IMG/VR virus record: IMGVR_UViG_2718218420_000001
Length of the DNA stretch: 64,000 bases
From: a virus
Direction: 5' to 3' (one strand)
Shown in pieces: positions 9,259 to 17,984 of the stretch. Under the pieces are notes generated by a model. It did no database searches and was not told the origin of the DNA. It saw only the letters and a list, made by a program, of their open reading frames with translations. Within the stretch, counting starts at the first letter, position 1; each line of letters opens with the position of its first letter. Made by a program: the position numbers and the translations under genes.

Positions 9259-10524
9259 TTGAACAAAACAACATCGGAGATGAAGCTCGTTCCGATTGGC
9301 AAACTCGTACCGTATGCAAACAATGCACGGACGCACTCGCCTGAGCAGATCAACAAGCTGCGCGGAAGTTTGCGGGAGTTCGGATTCGTGAGTCCCGTCA
9401 TCATCGACAAGGACTACGGCATTCTCGCAGGACACGGTCGTGTCGCGGCGGCGCGGGCAGAGGGCATGGAAAATGTGCCATGCGTTTTCGTCGATCATCT
9501 GACGGAAGCACAGAAGAAGGCGTACATCCTCGCAGACAACCGCTTCGCACTCGACGCAGGGTGGGACGAAGATATGCTGCGCGTCGAGATGGAAGCCCTG
9601 CAAGGCATGGACTTCGACATCGCACTCACGGGCTTCGACGAAGCCGAGATTGCCGATCTGCTCTCTCTGGATGATGGCGAGGCGCAGGAAGATGACTTCG
9701 ACGTGGAGGCAGAACTGCAGAAGCCTTGTGTTGCTCGGTCGGGTGATGTCTGGCATCTCGGAAAGCACCGTGTCATCTGCGGAGATTCCACACTGCCGGA
9801 GACGTACGAGCGTCTGCTCGGCAGTGAGAAGGTCAACCTTGTCTGCACGGACCCGCCTTATTTTGTGGCTCTGGAAAGTTCCTCCGGGAAAATCAAGAAT
9901 GACGATCTAAATGACAAGGATGCCTACGAGTTCCTGAAATCCGCCTTTACCGCCTTCCACTCGGCGATGGCAACGGACGCTTCCATCTACGTTTTCTACG
10001 CAACAGCAAAAGCCCGCATCTTTCATGACGCTTATGAGGATGCGGGCTTTAAAGTTGGCGCAGGTCTGGTGTGGAAGAAAGATCGTCTTGTCCTTACGCG
10101 CACGGATTGGAAGTACATTCACGAGCCGATCATCTGGGGATGGAGGAAGGACGGGCGGCACAGATGGTATGGCGATCAGAAGCAGACCACCGTCTTTGCA
10201 TTCGACCGCATTAAGGACTCGAAGAAGGACGGCTGCGGTCATCCGTCCTCGAAGCCTGTGCCGCTTATTGCGTATCTCATTAAGCAGTGTACGCAGACGA
10301 ATGGCATCGTTCTCGACGGCTTCCTCGGTTCTGCCTCAACGCTGATTGCTTGCGACCAGTTGGGGCGTATCTGCTACGGTGTGGAGCTTGAGCCGAAGTT
10401 TGTGGATGTCGCCGTCGAGCGGTACATCCAGAGCAAGGACGGCAATGCAGAAGATGTGTTTTTGGAACGTGATGGTGAGCGCATTCCGTATGTGGATGTG
10501 CCGAAACCAAAGGAGGAAGCATAA
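9259..10524 (+). CDS. ParB-like domain + N4/N6 DNA methyltransferase
   Basis: N-terminal PYANNARTHS...GHGR...ADNR; TDPPY; HPSSKP; LDGFLGSAST. Confidence 0.9.
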   Translation: MNKTTSEMKLVPIGKLVPYANNARTHSPEQINKLRGSLREFGFVSPVIIDKDYGILAGHGRVAAARAEGMENVPCVFVDHLTEAQKKAYILADNRFALDAGWDEDMLRVEMEALQGMDFDIALTGFDEAEIADLLSLDDGEAQEDDFDVEAELQKPCVARSGDVWHLGKHRVICGDSTLPETYERLLGSEKVNLVCTDPPYFVALESSSGKIKNDDLNDKDAYEFLKSAFTAFHSAMATDASIYVFYATAKARIFHDAYEDAGFKVGAGLVWKKDRLVLTRTDWKYIHEPIIWGWRKDGRHRWYGDQKQTTVFAFDRIKDSKKDGCGHPSSKPVPLIAYLIKQCTQTNGIVLDGFLGSASTLIACDQLGRICYGVELEPKFVDVAVERYIQSKDGNAEDVFLERDGERIPYVDVPKPKEEA

Positions 10525-11063
10525 TGCGTGTGTTTTTGAATCCGGGTCATGCACCAGACGGAAATCCCGACCCCGGCGCGTACGGCTATGGACTGCGTGA
10601 GTGCGATGTGGCAAAGAGTGTCGCCGATCTTGCGGCGGACTATTTGAGTGCCGCAGGCGTTGAGGTGGTTGGCTGTCTCCAATCCGACAGCCTCCATGAA
10701 GTCGTATCGGCTTCCAACTGTGCGGATGCCGATGTGTTTATCTCCATCCACTGTAATGCCTATAACGGCATGGCACAGGGGACAGAGGTTTGGCACTACT
10801 ACGGAAGCGGCGAGGGGGAGAAGCTGGCACAGTGCATCCAGAACCAGATTGTGGATGCGCTCGGAACTTTGGATCGTGGAATCAAAGCCGCAAAGCCCGG
10901 TGTCAACGGCTTGTATGTTTTGAGCAACACAGATGCGGTCGCTGTGCTTGTGGAGCTTGCGTTTATTGACCATGCGAGTGACGCAGAATTGCTCCGCAGC
11001 CGGCAGGATGAATTTGCCCGCGCCATTGCGCGTGGGGTAACGGACTATGAAGGAGCGTGTTGA
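10524..11063 (+). CDS. N-acetylmuramoyl-L-alanine amidase (Amidase_3), catalytic domain only
   Basis: FLNPGH...E...FISIHCNA...AVLVELAFID. Confidence 0.9.
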   Translation: MRVFLNPGHAPDGNPDPGAYGYGLRECDVAKSVADLAADYLSAAGVEVVGCLQSDSLHEVVSASNCADADVFISIHCNAYNGMAQGTEVWHYYGSGEGEKLAQCIQNQIVDALGTLDRGIKAAKPGVNGLYVLSNTDAVAVLVELAFIDHASDAELLRSRQDEFARAIARGVTDYEGAC

Positions 11064-11347
11064 AGATGAAACTGGAACACATTCAAAACGAACTGAAGAA
11101 TCATGTGGGAGATTTCGTGCGGACGGAGGCAAAGGAAGCGACCGTCCTCTGGCTGCATGAGAAAGGACTCCCGGCAGCGCGTGAAGTATCGGCGGCATAT
11201 ACGGCAGCACTTCGTGAGAGCGCCGAGAAGGAGACGGGATGGTGCAGATTCCGCGACCGCATATTCCTGCCGCTCGTCATCGACGGGGCAATCTGGATGA
11301 CGGGCAAGATGCTTGAGCGCATGACCGCACCACGTTCTGTGAAATGA
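11057..11347 (+). CDS. Hypothetical protein with C-terminal hydrophobic segment
   Basis: Overlaps the amidase stop; conserved in prophage 2. Confidence 0.6.
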   Translation: MLKMKLEHIQNELKNHVGDFVRTEAKEATVLWLHEKGLPAAREVSAAYTAALRESAEKETGWCRFRDRIFLPLVIDGAIWMTGKMLERMTAPRSVK

Positions 11348-11465
11348 TGACACGCTGTGGTTTATCTCACTGAAGCTATGGGTGTATACAACACAATCCG
11401 CTTGCTAATTCTTCCCATACGAGTGATGAATGTAATGACCAAAGTTCATAAAGGAGGTTTTCAAA

Positions 11466-12296
11466 ATGAAGGTCAATTACAACATCCAGAAGGAAGAGCG
11501 CAAGGCGATGGTCGGGATCGTCAGCAAGGCACTGGGCATCAAGTCCGCTTATTGCGGTGCACCGAGCTTTTCCTACAAGGTCGGCGCATTCGAGATCACG
11601 AAGGAGGGCAGCCTTTGCTTCGACGATTCCCTTGACGAAGCAACCGTTGCGCGTGTGCGCACGACACTGCGCGAGGCGGGCTTCATGTCCGAGGATTGGG
11701 AGAACGAGGCTTCCTACGCGGACACAGGAGCAGATGATCCGATCCAGACGGGGGCGTCAGTGGAAGATCCTAGCGAAGTTGATCCGGCAGAGGATAAGCT
11801 GGCACCAACAGAAACGCCGGCAGAAGTTACTGCGATGGAGGAAGTCGTCGCAGCAACCGATGAGGACAGCCTTTCCATCAGTCTTCCGCGCAGCTTTTTC
11901 ACTGAGACGGCACTGCAGAATCTCGATGCACTCCTCCTGAGCAAGGGGAGACTTATCCGTCACGCCTTTGACATTCAGGAAGCGACCTACACGCTGGAGG
12001 GCGACCGCATCACTTTCGCATGGCTGCATGGCACGATTACCGACGAGACGGCAAAGGCATACGCCGAGTTCATCAGCAAGCTCTGCCTGATGGCGCGGAC
12101 GCAGAAGCGCGTCACGGCAAAGGAGAAGATTGTGGACAACGAGAAATACGCATTCCGCTGCTTCCTCCTGCGTCTTGGCATGATCGGAAACGCCTACAAA
12201 CAGTCGCGTAAGATTCTCCTGCAGAACCTCACGGGCAGCAGCGCGTTCAAGAGCGGACATCGGAAGGAGGCTGAGCATCATGCGATTTCCGAGTAG
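11466..12296 (+). CDS. Phage 'virulence-related' protein with acidic linker
   Basis: YCGAPSFSY N-terminal domain; NEKYAFRCFLLRLG...RKILLQNLTGSSAFK C-terminal domain. Confidence 0.75.
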   Translation: MKVNYNIQKEERKAMVGIVSKALGIKSAYCGAPSFSYKVGAFEITKEGSLCFDDSLDEATVARVRTTLREAGFMSEDWENEASYADTGADDPIQTGASVEDPSEVDPAEDKLAPTETPAEVTAMEEVVAATDEDSLSISLPRSFFTETALQNLDALLLSKGRLIRHAFDIQEATYTLEGDRITFAWLHGTITDETAKAYAEFISKLCLMARTQKRVTAKEKIVDNEKYAFRCFLLRLGMIGNAYKQSRKILLQNLTGSSAFKSGHRKEAEHHAISE

Positions 12297-12516
12297 AGAG
12301 CAGATCACCGCACTGCGGCAGAGATATCCACGCGGGACAAAGGTGGAACTCCTCGGAATGGACGATCCGCAAGCCCCTCCGACAGGAACGATGGGCGAGA
12401 TTCTGGGCGTTGATGATGCGGGACAGCTTCTTGTTCGGTGGGAGACAGGATCGTCACTCAGCCTGATCCCCGGCATAGACTCCTTCCGCATCGTACAGAA
12501 AGGCGGCAGGTCATGA
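12280..12516 (+). CDS. DUF4314 domain protein
   Basis: YPRGTKVELLGMDDPQAPP...VDDAGQLLVRW...SLIPG. Confidence 0.8.
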   Translation: MRFPSREQITALRQRYPRGTKVELLGMDDPQAPPTGTMGEILGVDDAGQLLVRWETGSSLSLIPGIDSFRIVQKGGRS

Positions 12517-12689
12517 ATGAGAAAGTTTTCGCACAGATCATGGACATCCGCGAGAGCGGACGGGTGAATATGTTCGACGTCCCCGTTGTTCAGCGGATGG
12601 CGTTTGAGATGGGATTCTACGAACTGGTCTGCTTCATCGAGGAAGACCGTGCGGCGTATGTACGGTTTATCCTCACGGGTGAAAAATAG
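12513..12689 (+). CDS. DUF5049 domain protein
   Basis: QIMDIRESGRVNMFD...YELV...YVRFILTG. Confidence 0.8.
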   Translation: MNEKVFAQIMDIRESGRVNMFDVPVVQRMAFEMGFYELVCFIEEDRAAYVRFILTGEK

Positions 12690-12849
12690 CCGACGATTCT
12701 AGCGATTCAGCACAGCCTTTCGGGGCTGTGTTTCTCTCGAAAAATAAGTGTAGTTTATCCAAAATATGACTTGCTATATCCTGCGTTTAGAGACATATAT
12801 GTACATGACCGAAGGGAACAACCTACACACAGAAAGCGAGGAACACAAA

Positions 12850-13128
12850 ATGAGAAAAGCAGAAGCAAGATGGCCGAAGACCACCACGATGGAGCACCTC
12901 GATGAGATGCGGTTCGGAACGAGCGGCGCGATCCTTTGCTACGGCGAGCAGATCCTTGTCGTCGGGATGGAGTGCTGGGGCTTCCACGCAGCCATCTACG
13001 AGATGGTCGAAACGCCGGAGGAGACGGGACTTGCGGACATCGAATGCCGCCTGAACCTCGTCGAAGCCGCCACGGAGCTTTTCGAGGACGGCGGACACGC
13101 GATGGCTTGGTGCATGAAGCGCATCTAA
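12850..13128 (+). CDS. Hypothetical phage protein flanked by UUCG hairpins
   Basis: SD GAGGA; AAIYE...ECRLNL...FEDGGHAMAW. Hairpins CAGCC(T/C)TTCGGGGCTG at about 12713 and 13148. Confidence 0.65.
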   Translation: MRKAEARWPKTTTMEHLDEMRFGTSGAILCYGEQILVVGMECWGFHAAIYEMVETPEETGLADIECRLNLVEAATELFEDGGHAMAWCMKRI

Positions 13129-13223
13129 GCCGCACCAAACAACAAAACAGCCCTTCGGGGCTGCTTCTCGTTTCTGTGTTTTTGAGTCGCTGACAGCGGC
13201 TCTTTTTTGATGGGGGTGATTGC

Positions 13224-14825
13224 TTGCGAAAACTGACGGACTACACACCAACGAAGTTCATGGCAGAGGACGCGCACTATGACAAAGCCGCTGCGGATTA
13301 TGCCGTAGGCTTTATCGAGTGTCTGCGCCATACGAAGGGGACGTGGGCAGGAAAGCCCTTCGAACTCATCGACTGGCAGGAGCGCATTATCCGAGACATC
13401 TTTGGAATTTTGAAGCCGAATGGCTATCGTCAGTTCAACACGGCGTATGTTGAGCTGCCCAAGAAGCAAGGAAAATCAGAGCTTGCCGCCGCCGTTGCAC
13501 TGCTTCTCTGTTGTGGCGATGGCGAGGAGCGTGCCGAGGTGTACGGCTGTGCCGCTGATCGTCAGCAGGCGAGTATCGTATTCGAGGTCGCAGCAGATAT
13601 GGTGCGTATGTGTCCCGCACTCAGCAAGCGGGTGAAGATCCTTGCCTCCCAGAAGCGGATGGTGTATCTGCCGACGAACAGTTTCTATCAGGTACTTTCG
13701 GCAGAGGCATACTCGAAGCACGGCTTCAATATTCACGGCGTTGTGTTTGATGAGCTGCACACGCAGCCGAACCGCAAGCTCTTTGATGTCATGACAAAAG
13801 GATCCGGCGATGCGCGTATGCAGCCGCTCTACTTTCTCATCACCACAGCAGGGACGGATACGCAGTCCATCTGCTACGAGACGCACCAGAAAGCAAAAGA
13901 CATTCTGGAAGGGAGAAAGATTGATCCGACCTTCTATCCTGTAATTTACGGAGCGAAGGAGGATGAGGACTGGACAGACCCGGAGGTCTGGAAGCGCTCG
14001 AATCCGTCGCTCGGCATCACGGTCGGTATCGACAAGGTACAGGCGGCTTGTGACTCTGCACGGCAGAATCCTGCCGAGGAGAACAGCTTCCGTCAGCTGC
14101 GCCTGAATCAGTGGGTGAAGCAGTCCGTTCGGTGGATGCCGATGGATAAGTGGGATGCGTGTTCCGCCCCTGTTGACGCTGAGTCCTTAGAGGGCCGTGT
14201 CTGCTACGGCGGTCTTGACCTTTCCTCTACGATGGACATTACGGCGTTTGTACTCGTGTTCCCTCCGACGGAGGAGGATGATCCGTTTGCCGTGCTTCCG
14301 TACTTCTGGATTCCCGAGGAGAATATCGACCTGCGTGTACAGCGCGACCATGTTCCCTATGACGTGTGGGAGAGGCAGGGCTACCTGCAAACGACAGAGG
14401 GAAATGTAGTTCACTACGGATTTATCGAGGCGTTCATTGAGCGACTTGGTGAGAAGTACAACATTCGCGAGATTGCCTTCGACCGCTGGGGCGCAGTGCA
14501 GATGGTACAGAATCTCGAAGGGATGGGCTTCACCGTTGTTCCATTCGGGCAGGGCTTCAAGGATATGAGTCCGCCGACCAAGGAGCTGATGAAGCTGACC
14601 TTGGAAAAGAAAATAGCGCACGGCGGGAATCCCGTCATGCGCTGGATGGCAGACAACATCTTCATTCGCACTGACCCTGCGGGGAACATCAAGGCGGACA
14701 AGGAGAAGTCCACCGAGAAGATCGACGGCGTAATTGCCCTCATCATGGCTCTGGATCGTGCGATTCGCTGTGGGAATGATACCTCCGCGTCTGTTTATGA
14801 TGAGCGAGGAATTTTGTTGCTCTGA
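13224..14825 (+). CDS. terL: Terminase large subunit
   Basis: Walker A PKKQGKS; VFDELH; GGLDLS; KIDGVIA. TTG start. Confidence 0.95.
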   Translation: MRKLTDYTPTKFMAEDAHYDKAAADYAVGFIECLRHTKGTWAGKPFELIDWQERIIRDIFGILKPNGYRQFNTAYVELPKKQGKSELAAAVALLLCCGDGEERAEVYGCAADRQQASIVFEVAADMVRMCPALSKRVKILASQKRMVYLPTNSFYQVLSAEAYSKHGFNIHGVVFDELHTQPNRKLFDVMTKGSGDARMQPLYFLITTAGTDTQSICYETHQKAKDILEGRKIDPTFYPVIYGAKEDEDWTDPEVWKRSNPSLGITVGIDKVQAACDSARQNPAEENSFRQLRLNQWVKQSVRWMPMDKWDACSAPVDAESLEGRVCYGGLDLSSTMDITAFVLVFPPTEEDDPFAVLPYFWIPEENIDLRVQRDHVPYDVWERQGYLQTTEGNVVHYGFIEAFIERLGEKYNIREIAFDRWGAVQMVQNLEGMGFTVVPFGQGFKDMSPPTKELMKLTLEKKIAHGGNPVMRWMADNIFIRTDPAGNIKADKEKSTEKIDGVIALIMALDRAIRCGNDTSASVYDERGILLL

Positions 14826-14850
14826 TGTCTGAATCGTGTTATTCTGAGAA

Positions 14851-15125
14851 TGTCAAAGAATAGATGGGCAAGGGGCAGCTCCACTTTCCCTCCTGTTTTT
14901 GCAGTAATGCATAATGACCGCGACCGCCACAATAGAGCCTCTGTTGAGTTGACCGGGCGGATCATTTTCTTTGATGCGCACTTGCGCGTGATGGGAGGCG
15001 TTCATTGTGGAAGCCTTGCATGTCTGCGTATGCGTGCTCTTGTCTCCGCCCTGAAATAAGGGGACCGAGCGACCCATCACAAAATCGCACTTTGACGTCT
15101 ACCGATCTTGGTAGACGTTGTTTTT
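14851..15125 (+). ncRNA. Candidate structured non-coding RNA (about 270 nt)
   Basis: TTGCTC-17-TATTCT promoter with TG (14817-14845), several helices, and an intrinsic terminator at 15094-15125. Confidence 0.45.
15094..15125. terminator. Intrinsic terminator (possibly bidirectional)
   Basis: ACGTCTACC-gatctt-GGTAGACGT then TGTTTTT. Confidence 0.7.
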
Positions 15126-15161
15126 ATGTGCAGGAGCGAGGGCTTTGAGCACGTTCTATGC

Positions 15162-16145
15162 TTATCGATAATACTCCTTTAGCTGATCCAAACTTAAGTC
15201 AAGGCCACATTTTCTAAGGGCTTCAATGCGCTCATAATATAGCTTCTCCAAAATAGGTTCTTTATCCTCGAATCTACCATAATGAAGCAAATTATGACAA
15301 TGGCTACAAAGAGATACAATGTTTTCCATTACATCCAGACTATAGTTAAAATCTTTGTATCTGCTAATAGGGATGAGATGATGTGGCTCAGTATAACCCT
15401 TGCCATTTTTTCTTAGGAAGATTCTATCCTCAGCATTTACTTCACAAATATAGCCAGCACGCTTTAATGCATCGGCTGCTCGTTTTGGATCTCTTTTTGG
15501 CAGCTCCCTTCCTGTCGTGGATGATGTTGTAGTTTCCTGTGGGGCCATTTCACCGGACCATTCAGGGGGCTCTGTTTCATCGTCAAGTAAGCTGTTGATC
15601 TCTTCTTGCTCTATGACATTATATTCAGGATCTTTATCGCCTAGAATTTCTGTTAATGCGGCTTGAATCGTTTTAAGTAGGCCCGTCTCCTTTTGAATTG
15701 CAGCAGCTTTCTCAAGAATAAATACTGCATGTTCAGGTGCAAGGTGACACATGTACTGTTGCTTGCCTCTTCCACTGACCATGAACGCACTGTCTTTTTG
15801 GTAATGCTGGCTGAACCATTCTTTATAGTTGGTAATTTTTAGAGGTGTATCAAAAGTGAAGTAACTTGTATCGATCCGATACCCTTCGTTATCCCAATCT
15901 ACAGATGTATTTGCTGCTTTTAGTGCCGCTGGTTGCATCGCTTCATAACAATCGACCTGAGCAATACTGATTGCCATAATCTTTGTGTTTGAGTTATGTA
16001 GAATAAAATCTCCTTTTTTTACATGCGTCATCGTTGTATAGCCAGCATTATTTTTACCGGATTTATTTCTTTGCGGGGACCATACATATCCTCCAGAACA
16101 TTCTTCATTATACGTTTCCCCTTGAAACACATAAAAGACAGCCAT
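15162..16145 (-). CDS. EVE/PUA-like + McrA-type HNH endonuclease (putative type IV restriction)
   Basis: N-terminal VFQGETY..E..GGYVWSP...VKKGDFILH; C-terminal CE...EPHHLIP...NIVSLCSHCHNLLH; low GC, antisense. Confidence 0.7.
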   Translation of the reverse strand: MAVFYVFQGETYNEECSGGYVWSPQRNKSGKNNAGYTTMTHVKKGDFILHNSNTKIMAISIAQVDCYEAMQPAALKAANTSVDWDNEGYRIDTSYFTFDTPLKITNYKEWFSQHYQKDSAFMVSGRGKQQYMCHLAPEHAVFILEKAAAIQKETGLLKTIQAALTEILGDKDPEYNVIEQEEINSLLDDETEPPEWSGEMAPQETTTSSTTGRELPKRDPKRAADALKRAGYICEVNAEDRIFLRKNGKGYTEPHHLIPISRYKDFNYSLDVMENIVSLCSHCHNLLHYGRFEDKEPILEKLYYERIEALRKCGLDLSLDQLKEYYR

Positions 16146-16165
16146 GATTACCCTCCTGAAAATAG

Positions 16166-16657
16166 CTATTGTATCGTTTCTTTTTGATCGCTAGGATATG
16201 GCATTCCGGATATTTGCTCATAAACAATGTTGAACATACTTCGCGCGTAAAGATGGTAGTGCTCTATATATTCTGTATAGCCATATTGCTCAATATATCT
16301 CTGACCTTCGGACTCACTATAGGATTGGAGTGTGATCCATTCTCCATTTTCATAAACTTGTGGAGGTTGCGTTCGATTTTTCCTAAAGCGAAATGTTCGT
16401 GTTTGATATGTGCTGGTATCACCGGTTATATCCATCGTATACGCAATATATCCAGATGAGCAGGTCTCGTATGTTTCATCCTCATCGTTGTAGGTACAGG
16501 AAATTAAATCTACGTATTCGCAATAGTTGGCATGGGCATAAGAGAGCCGGTAGTTTGGATTGTTATCCAGATATTGGGGGGTAGCCTCGACATGAACGGA
16601 CATAGAAATAAGCGACAAGATAACGAGCAAGAATGGGTATCGGAGTAATTTATTCAT
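16166..16657 (-). CDS. Secreted hypothetical moron protein
   Basis: Signal peptide MNKLLRYPFLLVILSLISMSVHVEA; SD AAGGAG; low GC. Confidence 0.7.
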   Translation of the reverse strand: MNKLLRYPFLLVILSLISMSVHVEATPQYLDNNPNYRLSYAHANYCEYVDLISCTYNDEDETYETCSSGYIAYTMDITGDTSTYQTRTFRFRKNRTQPPQVYENGEWITLQSYSESEGQRYIEQYGYTEYIEHYHLYARSMFNIVYEQISGMPYPSDQKETIQ

Positions 16658-16730
16658 AAGATCATCTCCTTTATGGAGAGATTTCGTTAAACAGAAAAAA
16701 AATCCTTTTTATAAAGAATGGATGGTGTAT

Positions 16731-17984
16731 ATGAATCTATTCAGCAAACTCTTCCGTTCGCGGGACAAGCCCAGAAATCATCTTGGCGGCTTGTCCTTTT
16801 TGTTTGGGCAGACTGCGGCGGGCAAGGCGGTCAACGAGCGAACGGCAATGCAGACAACGGCAGTTTATGCTTGTGTGCGCATCCTCGCCGAATCCATCGC
16901 AGGGTTGCCGCTCCATGTTTATGCCTACCAAGGGCAGGGCAAGGAGCGTGTGCCGGAGCATCCGCTGTACTTCCTGCTTCACGATGCGCCGAATCCCGAA
17001 ATGACGAGTTTCGTCTTTCGTGAGACGCTTATGTCGCATCTCCTCCTGTGGGGGAATGCTTACGCACAAATTTTGCGGGATGGCAGAGGACGTGTCCTTG
17101 GACTCTATCCGCTCCTTCCGGACAAGATGGAGGTCAGCCGCGACAGCCGCACGTGCGAACTCTACTACACCTACACGAGAAGTACGGAGGAGAATCCAAA
17201 CTTTGCGGATAAGGGGCAGATTCGGCTGCGGCGTGAGGATGTGCTGCATATTCCGGGACTCGGCTTTGACGGACTTGTGGGTTATTCACCCATCGCTATG
17301 GCAAAGAATGCCATCGGCATTGCTCTTGCGACGGAGGAATATGGTGCGGCGTTCTTCAAAAACGGTGCGCGTCCGGGCGGTGTTTTGGAGCATCCCGGTG
17401 TCCTCAAAGACCCGTCGAAGCTCCGTGAGAGCTGGCACGCCGTCTACGGCGGTACGATGAACACGGGAAAGATCGCTGTCCTCGAGGAGGGCGTGAAGTA
17501 TCAGCAGATTGCCATTCCGCCCGAGGAGGCGCAGTTCCTTGAGACGAGAAAGTTTCAGATCGACGAGATTGCTCGGCTCTACCGTGTGCCGCCGCATATG
17601 GTCGGAGATTTGGAGAAATCTTCGTTTTCCAACATCGAGCAGCAGTCTTTGGAGTTCGTAAAGTACACCTTGAATCCGTGGGTGGTTCGATGGGAGCAGT
17701 CGCTGCAGAAAGCACTGCTGACGGACAAGGAGCGGAAGGATTACTTCATCCGCTTCAACGTCGATGGATTACTGCGCGGGGACTACAAGAGCCGTATGGA
17801 GGGATACGCCATCGGGCGGCAGAACGGATGGCTCTCCGCGAACGACATCCGCAGTCTTGAGGACATGAATCCCATCGAAGCGGAGGAGGGCGGCGATCTG
17901 TACCTTATCAACGGAAATATGACAAAACTGAGGGACGCAGGGCTGTTTGCCGCTAGGCAGAAGGGAGTAAGTGATGAAACGTAA
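16731..17984 (+). CDS. HK97-family portal protein
   Basis: AVYACVRILAESIAGLP, LLLWGNAY, GYSPI, FKNGARPGG, RLYRVPPHM. Confidence 0.95.
   Translation: MNLFSKLFRSRDKPRNHLGGLSFLFGQTAAGKAVNERTAMQTTAVYACVRILAESIAGLPLHVYAYQGQGKERVPEHPLYFLLHDAPNPEMTSFVFRETLMSHLLLWGNAYAQILRDGRGRVLGLYPLLPDKMEVSRDSRTCELYYTYTRSTEENPNFADKGQIRLRREDVLHIPGLGFDGLVGYSPIAMAKNAIGIALATEEYGAAFFKNGARPGGVLEHPGVLKDPSKLRESWHAVYGGTMNTGKIAVLEEGVKYQQIAIPPEEAQFLETRKFQIDEIARLYRVPPHMVGDLEKSSFSNIEQQSLEFVKYTLNPWVVRWEQSLQKALLTDKERKDYFIRFNVDGLLRGDYKSRMEGYAIGRQNGWLSANDIRSLEDMNPIEAEEGGDLYLINGNMTKLRDAGLFAARQKGVSDET

Larger units (their letters stand above)
12695..16549 (+). repeat. Apparently identical 3.85-kb copy of 59505-63359
   Basis: Constant offset of 46810; ORF-track translations wholly inside the tract match in all frames; first flanking SNPs at 12694/59504 and 16550/63360. 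Confidence 0.85.

Noticed and set aside
14850..15080. 69-aa (+) and 75-aa (-) ORFs after terL
   Set aside because: No SD, atypical composition, and the + ORF starts at the predicted TSS; RNA structure explains the region better, though a leaderless peptide is not excluded.
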